This document shows positions 1 through 8,191 of a DNA stretch of 64,000 nt, piece after piece (the stretch's first letter is position 1; each line of letters starts with the position of its first letter). Below the pieces are notes generated by a model. That model did not search any database and had not been told where the DNA came from. It worked only from the letters and a program-made list of their open reading frames with translations. The position numbers were made by a program, and so were the translations under genes. The stretch comes from Novosphingobium sp. (GTDB taxonomy: Bacteria; Pseudomonadota; Alphaproteobacteria; Sphingomonadales; Sphingomonadaceae): assembly GCA_047605225.1 (NCBI GenBank), contig JASGGD010000002.1:7696-71695 (forward strand). Reading direction: 5' to 3'.

Positions 1-658
1 AACACAGGTCCGGCCCGGCCTCGATGATCTGGCGGGCGACCGGGAGCGCCGGCATGCCGCCGACGCCATGCTCGAGGAAAACGCCCGGCGCCGCGGCGAA
101 GACGCCGTTGAAGACGCGGCGGTAGAAGCTCACGAGTTCGGCCGGCGGCAAACGGCGAATGCCCATCTTCGCCAGCTGCTCCTCGACCTGGCGGCGCAGG
201 TCCGGACCGAGCGCCACCCGCGTCTTGATTGCGAGAAACAGCCGGAAATCGCGCACCGGGATGCCGTTGAGGGCATCGAGGCCGGCGGTGCCCGCGCGCA
301 GGTAGTCGGCGGTGCGCCGTGCGGACGCCTGGACGAGCGGATCGGGGCGCACCTTGAGGTCGAGAAAGGCATCGAGCGCAGGGTCGATCAGCGGATCGGC
401 GAAGGTGATGAGCTGGAGCACCGTTCCTTCGGGGAAATGGATGTTGAGAAGGCCAAGCAGTGCCTGCTGGACATGGGCGAACATGTAGGCTGCGGGAACG
501 AGTTCCCAGGCCTGCCCCCAACCGTCATCGATGCACAGGAATGCCTCCTCTTCCTCGACCCAGGCGAGCATGGGCAGGAAGTCCGAATAGGCATCGCGGG
601 AAACCGCGGCGCGCAGACGCTGGTAGCTGAGACCACCCCGGGCGGAGCGGGCGCTCAT
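1..658 (-). CDS. traC: F-type conjugative transfer ATPase TraC (VirB4 class), N-terminal part; gene continues past the left edge
   Basis: Not in the ORF track because it is open at the window edge. Hand translation of the reverse strand from ATG 658-656 gives MSARSARGGLSYQRLRAAVSRDAYSDFLPMLAWVEEEEAFLCIDDGWGQAWELVPAAYMF... This is colinear with the remembered N-terminus of F TraC. ATGA overlap with the traV stop; follows traV as in F-like tra operons. Confidence 0.7.
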   Translation of the reverse strand, partial: MSARSARGGLSYQRLRAAVSRDAYSDFLPMLAWVEEEEAFLCIDDGWGQAWELVPAAYMFAHVQQALLGLLNIHFPEGTVLQLITFADPLIDPALDAFLDLKVRPDPLVQASARRTADYLRAGTAGLDALNGIPVRDFRLFLAIKTRVALGPDLRRQVEEQLAKMGIRRLPPAELVSFYRRVFNGVFAAAPGVFLEHGVGGMPALPVARQIIEAGPDLC

Positions 659-1275
659 GGTCTGTGCTCCAGTTCGTGCGAGCCGGGCCGGCTGGCGCCT
701 GTGCCTGCGCCTGTGCCCGCGTCTGGGGCTGCATCTGCGGCCGGCCCGTCGCTGTCGCGCATCGTGCGCAGGACCGGAGGCGCGGGAACGCGTCCCCCGG
801 GTTCGACAAGGTAATCGCCCACCACCCACGCGGGCCTGTCGACGATCGAATAGATGTAGCGCGCCATGTAGAGGCGGTCGGGCCGCTGCTTGTCCGCGTA
901 AGGCAGGATCAGCGTGCGCACCGTATGCGAGGGCTTCAGCATTGGAGAGCTGCGGCTTTCCACCAGCGCTCCGATGTCGGGGTCGCCGGGCTGCCGGACG
1001 GCGGAAGGCTTCGGCTGTCGGACCTTCCGACCAACTTGCGCTGATCCCGTTTTGGGGCCGAGCAGCTTGCGGTCGTTGGTTACTTTGGCGTCCGACTGCG
1101 ATTCCCGGCCGGCCAGCGCATCGGCATAGGCCTGGTCAGGATGGATGCACTGGCCGTGATCGCTGTTCTTGCAGGAGAACTTCTCGCTGTAGGGCGACAT
1201 CACCGAGCCGACAGCCGCGCAGGCGGACAGGCCGAGAAGCGGAAGGGCGGGCAATGCAGAACCTAACCTGACCAT
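655..1275 (-). CDS. traV: TraV-like T4SS outer-membrane lipoprotein
   Basis: ORF 655..1296. The internal ATG at 1275 gives MVRLGSALPALPLLGLSAC (lipobox), followed by paired Cys (CKNSDHGQC) as in TraV. Lies between traB and traC. Confidence 0.7.
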   Translation of the reverse strand: MVRLGSALPALPLLGLSACAAVGSVMSPYSEKFSCKNSDHGQCIHPDQAYADALAGRESQSDAKVTNDRKLLGPKTGSAQVGRKVRQPKPSAVRQPGDPDIGALVESRSSPMLKPSHTVRTLILPYADKQRPDRLYMARYIYSIVDRPAWVVGDYLVEPGGRVPAPPVLRTMRDSDGPAADAAPDAGTGAGTGASRPGSHELEHRP

Positions 1276-1306
1276 GTTCCTGGTTCCTTTCAGCATGATG
1301 CATCGA

Positions 1307-2635
1307 TCAGAATTTGGCGCTCGCGCCGTTTTTGATCTCGAGGGCGATGCCCTCCTGGATCACCACGACGACATCCTTGGCCGCTCCGACCTCGACGATG
1401 GGGCCGGCCTGCCGGGCAAGGTCGAGATAGAAGTCGGTGAGCTTGTCCGAGGACTTCGAAAGCCCTCCGGCGATGCCGGTCCTGGCGGCATCGCCGGCAT
1501 CGAGGGTTCGCACCGAGCCCAGCGCCGATGTCGAGGTGCTGCCGAAGGTGCTTTCCACTGATTGCGAGATGCCGCTGATGGTCCCGGCGATGAAGGCCCG
1601 CGCCAGCGTCGAGCCCGCGCGCGTCACCACTTTGCCCGACAGGCCCTTCTTGCCGTCGGTATCGACGAAGAAGCCCTTCACGGGCTGGTCGACCACCGAA
1701 TGCTCGTCGAAATCGACGCAGGACAGCGAGACGAGCTGAACCTCCACCCGTTCCTTCGCAAGGCTGCCGGTGGCATTGCCGATGACGAAGCAGCCGGCGA
1801 GGTTCGCCTTCACCTCGTTGGGGAGCACGGCAGGTGCCTGTACCCTTGCAATGATCGGCTCGGGATTACTCGTGGCGTCCCGGCTCGCCAGCGCGTCGAT
1901 CCCGGTCAGCAGCCGCGCCTTCATGAAACCAGGTGGTAAATAGATCGTCCGGGTCTTTTTTTTGGATGAGGTGGACGCATCGCCCGAGCCCTGCGGCAGG
2001 ACGACGCTCGTTGCCGAACCGATACCGCCAAGGGTCTTCTCCACCGGCGGCGCGGGCGGCGCCGCGGATGCCCCCGGTCCGGTCGGCGGCGCGGGCAGTC
2101 TGTCGGCGTCCGCCGATATGTCGCCGATCTCGGGCGGATAGGGCAGGGCTGGTACGGTGTCGGAAAGCGCGGGCGGCAGATCGTCGCCACCTCCCTGACC
2201 GCCGGCGGCCGCCTTGCTGCCGGGAAGGACTTTGTTTTCCTCTATGGCAGTGACCCTGTCGCCGAGCAGTTGCTGACCATCGAGCACTTTTTTCAGGTCG
2301 CCGCGCAGCTTCACCTCGAGGCTGTCGCCGCGCAGGCCCGCGCCCATGTTGAGCGAGGCGGCCGGATCCGCGGGTTTCACCGCCTCCTCCCCGCTCGAAG
2401 CGAAGTAGAGTGCAAGACCAAGCGAACCGACCACGCCGGCAACCGCAGCCTGGCGTGCCCGCAGCCGCTGCTTCGCGGACAGCCGTGACCACCATGTCTT
2501 CCAGTCGGGCGAAAGCCCGGGGCGGACGCGATCCGCATCGTCCCGGTACACCGCTGCCTGTTCCTGCAGATGTGCCTGGTACGACGAGCGCTCGCCGGGG
2601 ACGCCCACGCCGTCCATGTCGTCAGGTCCGTTCAT
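1307..2635 (-). CDS. traB: TraB (VirB10-like) T4SS core protein
   Basis: Lower part of ORF 1307..3376. ATG 2635 (MNGPDDMDG...) overlaps the traK stop as ATGA. TM helix AAVAGVVGSLGLALYF, a Pro/Gly-rich linker, and a C-terminal beta-rich domain typical of TraB/VirB10. The upstream 247 codons of the long ORF are Arg-rich out-of-frame overlap with traK. Confidence 0.75.
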   Translation of the reverse strand: MNGPDDMDGVGVPGERSSYQAHLQEQAAVYRDDADRVRPGLSPDWKTWWSRLSAKQRLRARQAAVAGVVGSLGLALYFASSGEEAVKPADPAASLNMGAGLRGDSLEVKLRGDLKKVLDGQQLLGDRVTAIEENKVLPGSKAAAGGQGGGDDLPPALSDTVPALPYPPEIGDISADADRLPAPPTGPGASAAPPAPPVEKTLGGIGSATSVVLPQGSGDASTSSKKKTRTIYLPPGFMKARLLTGIDALASRDATSNPEPIIARVQAPAVLPNEVKANLAGCFVIGNATGSLAKERVEVQLVSLSCVDFDEHSVVDQPVKGFFVDTDGKKGLSGKVVTRAGSTLARAFIAGTISGISQSVESTFGSTSTSALGSVRTLDAGDAARTGIAGGLSKSSDKLTDFYLDLARQAGPIVEVGAAKDVVVVIQEGIALEIKNGASAKF

Positions 2636-3408
2636 CGTCCGGCTCCGCGCCGGACGGCCACGAGGCTGGCGGCCTCGCCGGCTCCGAGACGGATGCGGTC
2701 CAGAGTGACCGCGAAGATGCGCTCGCCCAGCGCGGGATCGACCATCTGACGTTCGTCGAGCACGACAGGCGCGTCCGTCTGCAGCCGATATTGCGAGGCG
2801 GATAGGCCAGTGCCCTCGATGGCGATCCGGCGTTGCTCCGTGATCTGCACGCCGGGCAGGGCCGCGAGGCGTATGCCGCCCATGGCAGGCGCGACTTCGC
2901 TGAAGCTGGCGGGAATGCGATCGGCAAGCAGGGCCATGGTGATCGAGACGGCGCGGTCCTCGTCGGCGAGCGCGGCGAGCAGGTCGGCGTTCGCCTGCGC
3001 GCGTTGCCGGGCGCCGGGCACCAGAAGGATGCTCTGGGCCGGAATCTCGGCGGGCTCGGCGTAGAGCGGGTATGTCGCGCCGTTGCAGGTCACGAAGAAC
3101 TCGGCGGGCTGGGTCACATAAGTTCGTGTGACCTGGCCGGCATCGTCGACCTCGCGCGTCAGGAACTTGATCCATGCATCGGCGCCGCCTTTTTCGACCG
3201 CGAGGCCCTTCTCTGCCGAGAACTTGACGTCCTCGATCTCGCCGCCCTCGCACACGACATGGTTGATGTCGCGATTGGACAGCCGGATGTGGCTCGTCTG
3301 ATCGGGCAGGGCCTGGATCGTCTGGGCCGCTGCCGGCATCGCCAATAGCACCAGCGAGAGCATCAACGGGACGCAAGGGAGGGCACCGCGATCAATGTGT
3401 CTCGGCAT
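2632..3408 (-). CDS. traK: TraK (VirB9/secretin-like) T4SS protein
   Basis: ORF 2632..3570. ATG 3408 gives MPRHIDRGALPCVPLMLSLVLLAMPAAAQ (signal peptide). Order traE-traK-traB matches F-type operons. Confidence 0.7.
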   Translation of the reverse strand: MPRHIDRGALPCVPLMLSLVLLAMPAAAQTIQALPDQTSHIRLSNRDINHVVCEGGEIEDVKFSAEKGLAVEKGGADAWIKFLTREVDDAGQVTRTYVTQPAEFFVTCNGATYPLYAEPAEIPAQSILLVPGARQRAQANADLLAALADEDRAVSITMALLADRIPASFSEVAPAMGGIRLAALPGVQITEQRRIAIEGTGLSASQYRLQTDAPVVLDERQMVDPALGERIFAVTLDRIRLGAGEAASLVAVRRGAGR

Positions 3409-4027
3409 CGAACTGCTCCTCGGAAAGGCGGGTGAGCCAGAAGCGGCCGTTCTCGATGCGGTATCCGATCCGCAAGGTGCCGCGGAACTTGCGGATGACG
3501 CCGCCGATGACGCGGACCTTCTCGACCGGCACGAGGATCTCGTAAGTCGTCCAGCGCACCGGCTGGTCACCCCGGATGTAGGTGGCGATCGACAGCGTCG
3601 GATTGTCGGTCAGCTCGTCGAGCACGGCGTTGAGACTGTCGCGCATGGCAGCGTAGGCCGATGGATGAACCAGTCCCAGCAGCTCCTGGAACTGCCGGTC
3701 GGCGGAATAGGCCGACCAGGTCCCCGACAGCGCGACGATGTTGCGCGTCACCGCGACGAGATAGGCCTCGGACGGCTTGCTGCCCGAGACATAGAGGTCG
3801 CCGGCAGATCCGAAGGGCACGACGATGGTGCGGGCATTCTGGTTGGTCGTGTAGATGACCGTGCCGAGGACGAGCGTGACCCCGAACATTCCGACGACCG
3901 CGACCTTGAGCAGGCGGTTCTCCTCGAAGAGATTCGCCGATCCCTGCAGGTAGCGATGGATGCCGAAACTCGCAGGTCGCCCCAGCAGGGGGTCCGGCCG
4001 CTTCGTCTTGTGTCCGATGAGCCCCAT
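3392..4027 (-). CDS. traE: TraE (VirB5/8-position) T4SS inner-membrane protein
   Basis: ORF 3392..4252. ATG 4027 gives MGLIGHKTKRP...NRLLKVAVVGMFGVTLVLGTVIY (N-terminal TM), the TraE-like size and position between traL and traK. Confidence 0.65.
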   Translation of the reverse strand: MGLIGHKTKRPDPLLGRPASFGIHRYLQGSANLFEENRLLKVAVVGMFGVTLVLGTVIYTTNQNARTIVVPFGSAGDLYVSGSKPSEAYLVAVTRNIVALSGTWSAYSADRQFQELLGLVHPSAYAAMRDSLNAVLDELTDNPTLSIATYIRGDQPVRWTTYEILVPVEKVRVIGGVIRKFRGTLRIGYRIENGRFWLTRLSEEQFDAETH

Positions 4028-4032
4028 GGTGC

Positions 4033-4299
4033 CTACTCGAAGAAGCGGGTCTGTGTCGGACCCGGATAATGCGGAAACGAGATCAGCCCCCAGCGCCAGG
4101 CGAGGTGGGGCAGGTAGCCCCGCGGCTTGGTCCGCTTCCACGGGATGAAAAGGAGAAGGGCGGCGATGAGCGCCCACCCGACAAGTCCGCCCACGATCGC
4201 GGCCACGAATATGCTCGAGGTCGCGAGCAGGAACTCGTCCGATCCGAACCACAGGATCTGGACCGGCCGATGCAGATATTGCGGAAGACGCTCGTCCAT
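4033..4299 (-). CDS. traL: TraL (VirB3-like) T4SS membrane protein
   Basis: 88 aa. LPQYLHRPVQILWF..DEF.. then a hydrophobic hairpin, the usual TraL pattern; lies directly downstream of the pilin gene. Confidence 0.7.
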   Translation of the reverse strand: MDERLPQYLHRPVQILWFGSDEFLLATSSIFVAAIVGGLVGWALIAALLLFIPWKRTKPRGYLPHLAWRWGLISFPHYPGPTQTRFFE

Positions 4300-4431
4300 C
4301 TGCCCTTCTCCTCCTGCTTCATGACACCTTGCGAAGGTGCCGGTTTCCGGGGACCGACCATCGGTCCCCAGCTCGTTGCCCGCGCGGACGGCCCTGGCAG
4401 GTCGGCCAGGAGCGCGGCCGCGAGGGATATT

Positions 4432-4746
4432 TCAGACGACCATCCCGAAGGTCTGGAGGATGGAATCCGCCTTGATGAGGCAGACGGCCGCGACGATGGT
4501 CGGGATGCCGATCATGATGTTTGAGAAGAGGCGCGAGACGCCGAACAGGAAGGCGGCGACACCGCCCACGAAGCCCAGCGGGCCCTTCACGCCCTTGTTT
4601 ACGACGATGTCGTAGATGTCGTAGCCGAGATCGCCCTGGGCCGGCGCCGAGAAGGCGTGGGCCGGACCTGCGATCAGGGCCATCACGCCCAAAGGGAGGC
4701 CGAGGTTCGCCGCCGCGAGGGCACGGCTGCCGATTTTGCGCATCAT
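4432..4746 (-). CDS. traA: F-type propilin TraA
   Basis: Lower part of ORF 4432..4992. MMRKIGSRALAAANLGLPLGVMALIAGPAHA leader, then a roughly 70-aa mature part with two hydrophobic helices. First gene of the traA-L-E-K-B-V-C order. Confidence 0.65.
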   Translation of the reverse strand: MMRKIGSRALAAANLGLPLGVMALIAGPAHAFSAPAQGDLGYDIYDIVVNKGVKGPLGFVGGVAAFLFGVSRLFSNIMIGIPTIVAAVCLIKADSILQTFGMVV

Positions 4747-4942
4747 GGTATTGCTCCTTTGCACTGCGAAGCCGTCCGCACATTCGCCTGCCGGCATCGA
4801 CGATGATCGGTGTCGGCCGGGGCGTCGGTGGACGGCTCCATGAGCCCGTCGCCGCCGGCATCTCGGTTTATTGTCCCGGCCGCGATCGGCCATGGGCCAA
4901 TGCCCTCGCAATCGGTGGGCGGGCCTTCGCGCGTGGGAAAGC

Positions 4943-5851
4943 TTAGCGCGGCGCCTCGCCGCCTGAAGCTTTCGCGAATTTCGGCTTGGCATGCCGGTCG
5001 AGGAAAGCCTCGAGCTCAGCCTGCTGAAACCCGGAGATGAGCTTGCCGTCGGCGATCAGCGTCGGGGTTCCCGAAACGCCGACCCGGGCGACCAGTTCGG
5101 AATCTTCGGCGACCTTGGCGTGTCCGGCCGCGCATTGCCGCAGCGGGGCAGGTGCCTGCCCCGAATAGGTGGCCTTGAAAGCCGCTTCGCGATCGGGCGA
5201 ACACAGGATGTGTTCCGCCTTGGCGGCGGCGGCCGGATGAATGCCGCTGACGAAGAAGATAAGCCGCCTGACGGATTTTCCTTCCATCGCTTTCGCGTTC
5301 CAGAACCGGTCGAGCGCCTGGCAGAAGCCGCAATCGGGATCGGTGAATTCGATCACCGTCGGAGCATCGATGGGACCGATTGCCAGCGCCTTGGCGGGAT
5401 CGATCGCCTTGAGGCGGCGGGCTGTGCCTTGCTCCTGCGCCAGTGCGGTCAGATTGACGCCGTTGCGATCGTAGACCGTGGCAAACAGCAGGTGTTCGCT
5501 TCGCGGCGCAAAATAGATGATCTTTCCCCCGGCGCTGGCCTGATAGATCGGGCCTTCGACCGGCGCCGGGCCGAAATCCTCGAAGCGCAAATTGGTGAAC
5601 GTCTGGTGGAGCTGCTGCTCGGCGCTGGCCTGGGCATCGGCCAGAAGCGTGGCGGGTTCACTGCCGTGCGCGGGGCTGATCGAAACGAGGGCCATCAGCG
5701 CTGCGCCGGTGAGCCCTCCAACTGCAGTGCGCGTTCGGTGCCGCCCGCGTAACTCCACCCTCGATAAGACGGTCCTTGGTATGGCGCACCAGCTTTGTAC
5801 GTCGGCTCGCTTCCCGTGCCTGGGTGCGCAAGGTTGTGCGCTTCTGGTCAT
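4943..5851 (-). CDS. DsbC/TrbB-like periplasmic thiol:disulfide interchange protein
   Basis: ORF 4943..5887. Thioredoxin-fold active site FTDPDCGFCQAL (CxxC) and the signal-like stretch AVGGLTGAALMALVSISPAHG. Start uncertain (ATG 5851 chosen). Confidence 0.6.
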   Translation of the reverse strand: MTRSAQPCAPRHGKRADVQSWCAIPRTVLSRVELRGRHRTRTAVGGLTGAALMALVSISPAHGSEPATLLADAQASAEQQLHQTFTNLRFEDFGPAPVEGPIYQASAGGKIIYFAPRSEHLLFATVYDRNGVNLTALAQEQGTARRLKAIDPAKALAIGPIDAPTVIEFTDPDCGFCQALDRFWNAKAMEGKSVRRLIFFVSGIHPAAAAKAEHILCSPDREAAFKATYSGQAPAPLRQCAAGHAKVAEDSELVARVGVSGTPTLIADGKLISGFQQAELEAFLDRHAKPKFAKASGGEAPR

Positions 5852-6186
5852 CACCAATTCACGATGATTGTGGAACATTGGACCCATGCCTCCTTCTTCC
5901 GCCGCGCCGAGCCGGCGCGACGGTGTTTGTCACGCGGTTCGGGCAGGGAGCGTGGTTATGGGCTGCGCTCGCCGTCACCGTGATGATCGGATGGATGAAG
6001 GATGAAGCGAGGAAATCACCGCCGCAACGAGCAGGGCACTGAGGTACCGTATCGGAAGTACACCGCCGAAATCGGCATCCCAGTGCCGGAAATGGTGCTT
6101 TCTCCGGCTGTTTTCCCCGTCTTGCCTGTGGGAGCGCGGGTCACTGAGGGCTGTTCGGCGGGCGACTCGGGCGAGAGAGCGACGGT

Positions 6187-6609
6187 ATGAGGACTTCCAG
6201 GACCTACAAACTGCAACTCTCGGGGAAGGGGGTGGACGCGTTCCTCGCCTGTCACTGCCGGCTCGCACGCATGACCCGCGAATTCATTCCCTATGGCATG
6301 ACACTCTATGTCGCCATGAACATACTCGATGCCAGCGATCCGGCCGACGTCGCCGCCGAACTGGAATCGCGTAGTTGCGAAGAACTGGGCGGTACCTCGC
6401 GTCGCTTCGTCGGTACGACCTCGCTCCTTGCCGAACTCGTCGAACGTACAGGCAGGCGTCTTGCCGAGAGTGGGCAATACGGGCGGCCGATCGCAACGTG
6501 GCGACTGTACAATGCGGGGCTGAGCCTTTTTCTCAGCCTCGAGATAAGCGAATTGCAGAAGATCTATGCCAGAGCATCCGAGAATCTTAAGGTCAGAGGA
6601 GTGCGATAG
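6187..6609 (+). CDS. hypothetical protein (weak call)
   Basis: 140-aa ORF whose composition looks more protein-like than the overlapping minus ORF 6016..6651. GC-rich third positions by eye; no motif recognised. Confidence 0.3.
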   Translation: MRTSRTYKLQLSGKGVDAFLACHCRLARMTREFIPYGMTLYVAMNILDASDPADVAAELESRSCEELGGTSRRFVGTTSLLAELVERTGRRLAESGQYGRPIATWRLYNAGLSLFLSLEISELQKIYARASENLKVRGVR

Positions 6610-6637
6610 AAAACCTACAGCCGGATAGTCGGTCGGT

Positions 6638-6657
6638 AATACTTTCACCATGAAAGC
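6638..6657. promoter_or_regulatory. 20-bp palindromic operator candidate, copy 1 (AATACTTTCACCATGAAAGC)
   Basis: Exact 20-mer also present at 7899..7918. Core CTTTCA-cca-TGAAAG is an inverted repeat. Lies about 90 bp upstream of the XRE-GntR gene pair. Confidence 0.55.
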
Positions 6658-6745
6658 ATTACTGTTTGACCCAAGGTGTCATCAACAACACTCTTGGGAT
6701 CAGGGCTGCGCGGGAGCTTGAGCCATTGGCAAGGGAGACCTGGTC

Positions 6746-7183
6746 ATGACGCTTCGGGCGATATCCAACGCACGCGATCCTTCCGTGCTTGCGACGATCA
6801 AGCTGATGTCGGGGAGGCGCATCGAAATGAAGCGACGCATCGAGAAGATCACGCAGGAACGCTTTGCCGCCGAGGTCGGCATCGGATCGCGCTGGCTGCG
6901 CGAGATCGAGGCCGGCAATCCCAAGTCGCGGCTCGACGACCATTTTCGCTGCGCCCATGCGCTCGGGCTTTCGACCGGACATCTCGTCATACCTCTGTTG
7001 TTCATGGAACATCAGCGGGTGTTTCCACGCGGGCTGCTCGAAGGGGACCTGTCGGGACTCGAAACCGTCTGCATCGATGCCATAGCCCGGCACAATCTCG
7101 ACCAGCTCTCGCGCCAACTCCTTGCAAGTGACGGCAGGCATGTGGCGGGCGGGGTCACAGACACACCCGAAAGGCACGACTGA
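6746..7183 (+). CDS. XRE-family helix-turn-helix transcriptional regulator
   Basis: 145 aa; ITQERFAAEVGIGSRWLREIEAGNPKSRLDDHFRCAHALGL is a classic HTH_XRE segment. AGGGAG RBS 9 nt upstream of the ATG. Confidence 0.75.
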   Translation: MTLRAISNARDPSVLATIKLMSGRRIEMKRRIEKITQERFAAEVGIGSRWLREIEAGNPKSRLDDHFRCAHALGLSTGHLVIPLLFMEHQRVFPRGLLEGDLSGLETVCIDAIARHNLDQLSRQLLASDGRHVAGGVTDTPERHD

Positions 7184-7186
7184 ACG

Positions 7187-7837
7187 ATGATGTCGCCGGG
7201 CGCCCGCCAGCACGAAAAGGTCTATGCCGAGCTCAAGCAGGATTTGCTGTCGAGGGGCTACACGGCGGGCCGGGACTTGTCGGTGATGGAACTGGCGACT
7301 TGCATCGGAACCAGCGTGTCGCCGGTTCGCGACGCATTGCACCGTCTATATGGCGAAGGTCTGCTGGAGATGGGCGACCGGCGCGGATTTCGCGTCAGGA
7401 AGTGGAGCCCCGAAGCCTTGCGCGATTGCTATACCTGGCACGGCCATCTGATCCGCATGGCGCTCAAGGCCGGTGGCACTGCGAGGCTCGATGGCCTTGC
7501 AGTCGATGGCTGGTCCATCGATTGCGGGGCAATCGATTGTGGGCCGCCCGATCGTATCGTCGCTGCGGCCGAACACATGTTTCTTCGCATCGCGCGTATG
7601 TCGGGATCGGACGAACTCGTCGCCGCCGTCCGTAACGCGGGCGAACGTTTGCGGGCGGTACGATTCGTCGAGGCCGAGCGCTGGCCCGACTGCGGCGAAG
7701 AACTCGCCGCCGCCAATGCATTGGCGGCATCGGGCTCTGTTCGCGCACTTCTCGCGGCACTCTGGAACTATCACCGGCGCCGTATTCGCGCAGCGCGAGT
7801 ACTGTGCGAGGCAATACGACGGTCCACACCGGACTGA
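7187..7837 (+). CDS. GntR-family transcriptional regulator
   Basis: 216 aa; N-terminal winged HTH VYAELKQDLLSRGYTAGRDLSVMELATCIGTSVSPVRDALHRLYGEGLL. Starts 4 nt after the XRE stop, so a likely operon. Confidence 0.8.
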   Translation: MMSPGARQHEKVYAELKQDLLSRGYTAGRDLSVMELATCIGTSVSPVRDALHRLYGEGLLEMGDRRGFRVRKWSPEALRDCYTWHGHLIRMALKAGGTARLDGLAVDGWSIDCGAIDCGPPDRIVAAAEHMFLRIARMSGSDELVAAVRNAGERLRAVRFVEAERWPDCGEELAAANALAASGSVRALLAALWNYHRRRIRAARVLCEAIRRSTPD

Positions 7838-7898
7838 TTTATGACGGTTATGCACCGGGTCACAGCACTCTGCGTTCGTTACAACCTCGCAGCGCATG

Positions 7899-7918
7899 AA
7901 TACTTTCACCATGAAAGC
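7899..7918. promoter_or_regulatory. 20-bp palindromic operator candidate, copy 2 (AATACTTTCACCATGAAAGC)
   Basis: Identical to 6638..6657. Sits 80 bp upstream of the lasso precursor ATG and overlaps a possible TTACAA-N16-TACTTT promoter (7879..7906). Confidence 0.55.
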
Positions 7919-7997
7919 GTATGGGGCTGAATATATCGCCTTCCGGCCATAGCCTTCCTGTCGCCACAAACCGCGTGGCACACAGAAGGAGGCAATT

Positions 7998-8132
7998 ATG
8001 GAACGCGAACATGAAGCCGCCGATGACGGTGTGGTCGAACTGGGCATCGCCAGCGAGGTCACGCATGGTACCGGCCAGCTGCGGATCGACAACCCGCAGG
8101 GCCAGCCGGTATTCGGCATCCTCGACGACTGA
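7998..8132 (+). CDS. lasso peptide precursor (A gene), 44 aa
   Basis: Too short for the supplied ORF track. AAGGAGG at 7986-7992, ATG 7998, TGA 8130-8132. Translation MEREHEAADDGVVELGIASEVTHGTGQLRIDNPQGQPVFGILDD. Thr at -2 before Gly1 (T-H|G) and Asp at core position 8. Lies immediately upstream of the B and C maturation genes. Confidence 0.85.
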   Translation: MEREHEAADDGVVELGIASEVTHGTGQLRIDNPQGQPVFGILDD

Positions 8133-8142
8133 GCGCTGACCG

Positions 8143-8178
8143 GCCTGGCCCGGGCATTGCGTCCGGGCCAGGCTTTTT
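8143..8178 (+). terminator. intrinsic hairpin terminator/attenuator between lasso A and B genes
   Basis: GCCTGGCCCGG (8143-8153) pairs perfectly with CCGGGCCAGGC (8163-8173). The loop is 9 nt, followed by TTTTT (8174-8178). Starts 10 nt after the precursor stop and ends 13 nt before the B-gene ATG. Confidence 0.75.
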
Positions 8179-8191
8179 CGAGGAGCTGACC

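Noticed and set aside
68-814. 248-aa plus-strand ORF at the left edge
   Set aside because: It lies antisense to the traC N-terminus and the traV 3' end. It is Arg/Gly/Ala-rich with no motif. The reverse-strand reading gives a clean TraC-like sequence instead.
2636-3376. N-terminal 247-codon extension of the traB ORF (1307..3376)
   Set aside because: Extremely Arg/Pro-rich, and completely overlapped out of frame by the convincing traK gene. ATG 2635 forms an ATGA junction with the traK stop.
6016-6651. 211-aa minus-strand ORF
   Set aside because: It overlaps the plus-strand ORF 6187..6609. Neither has a recognisable motif. I kept only the plus-strand one at low confidence, and the region may be non-coding.
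8133-8191. Possibility of a second lasso precursor gene near the first
   Set aside because: I read both flanks (7838-7997 and 8133-8191) in all frames. No second short ORF with a T-x-G leader/core junction was found.
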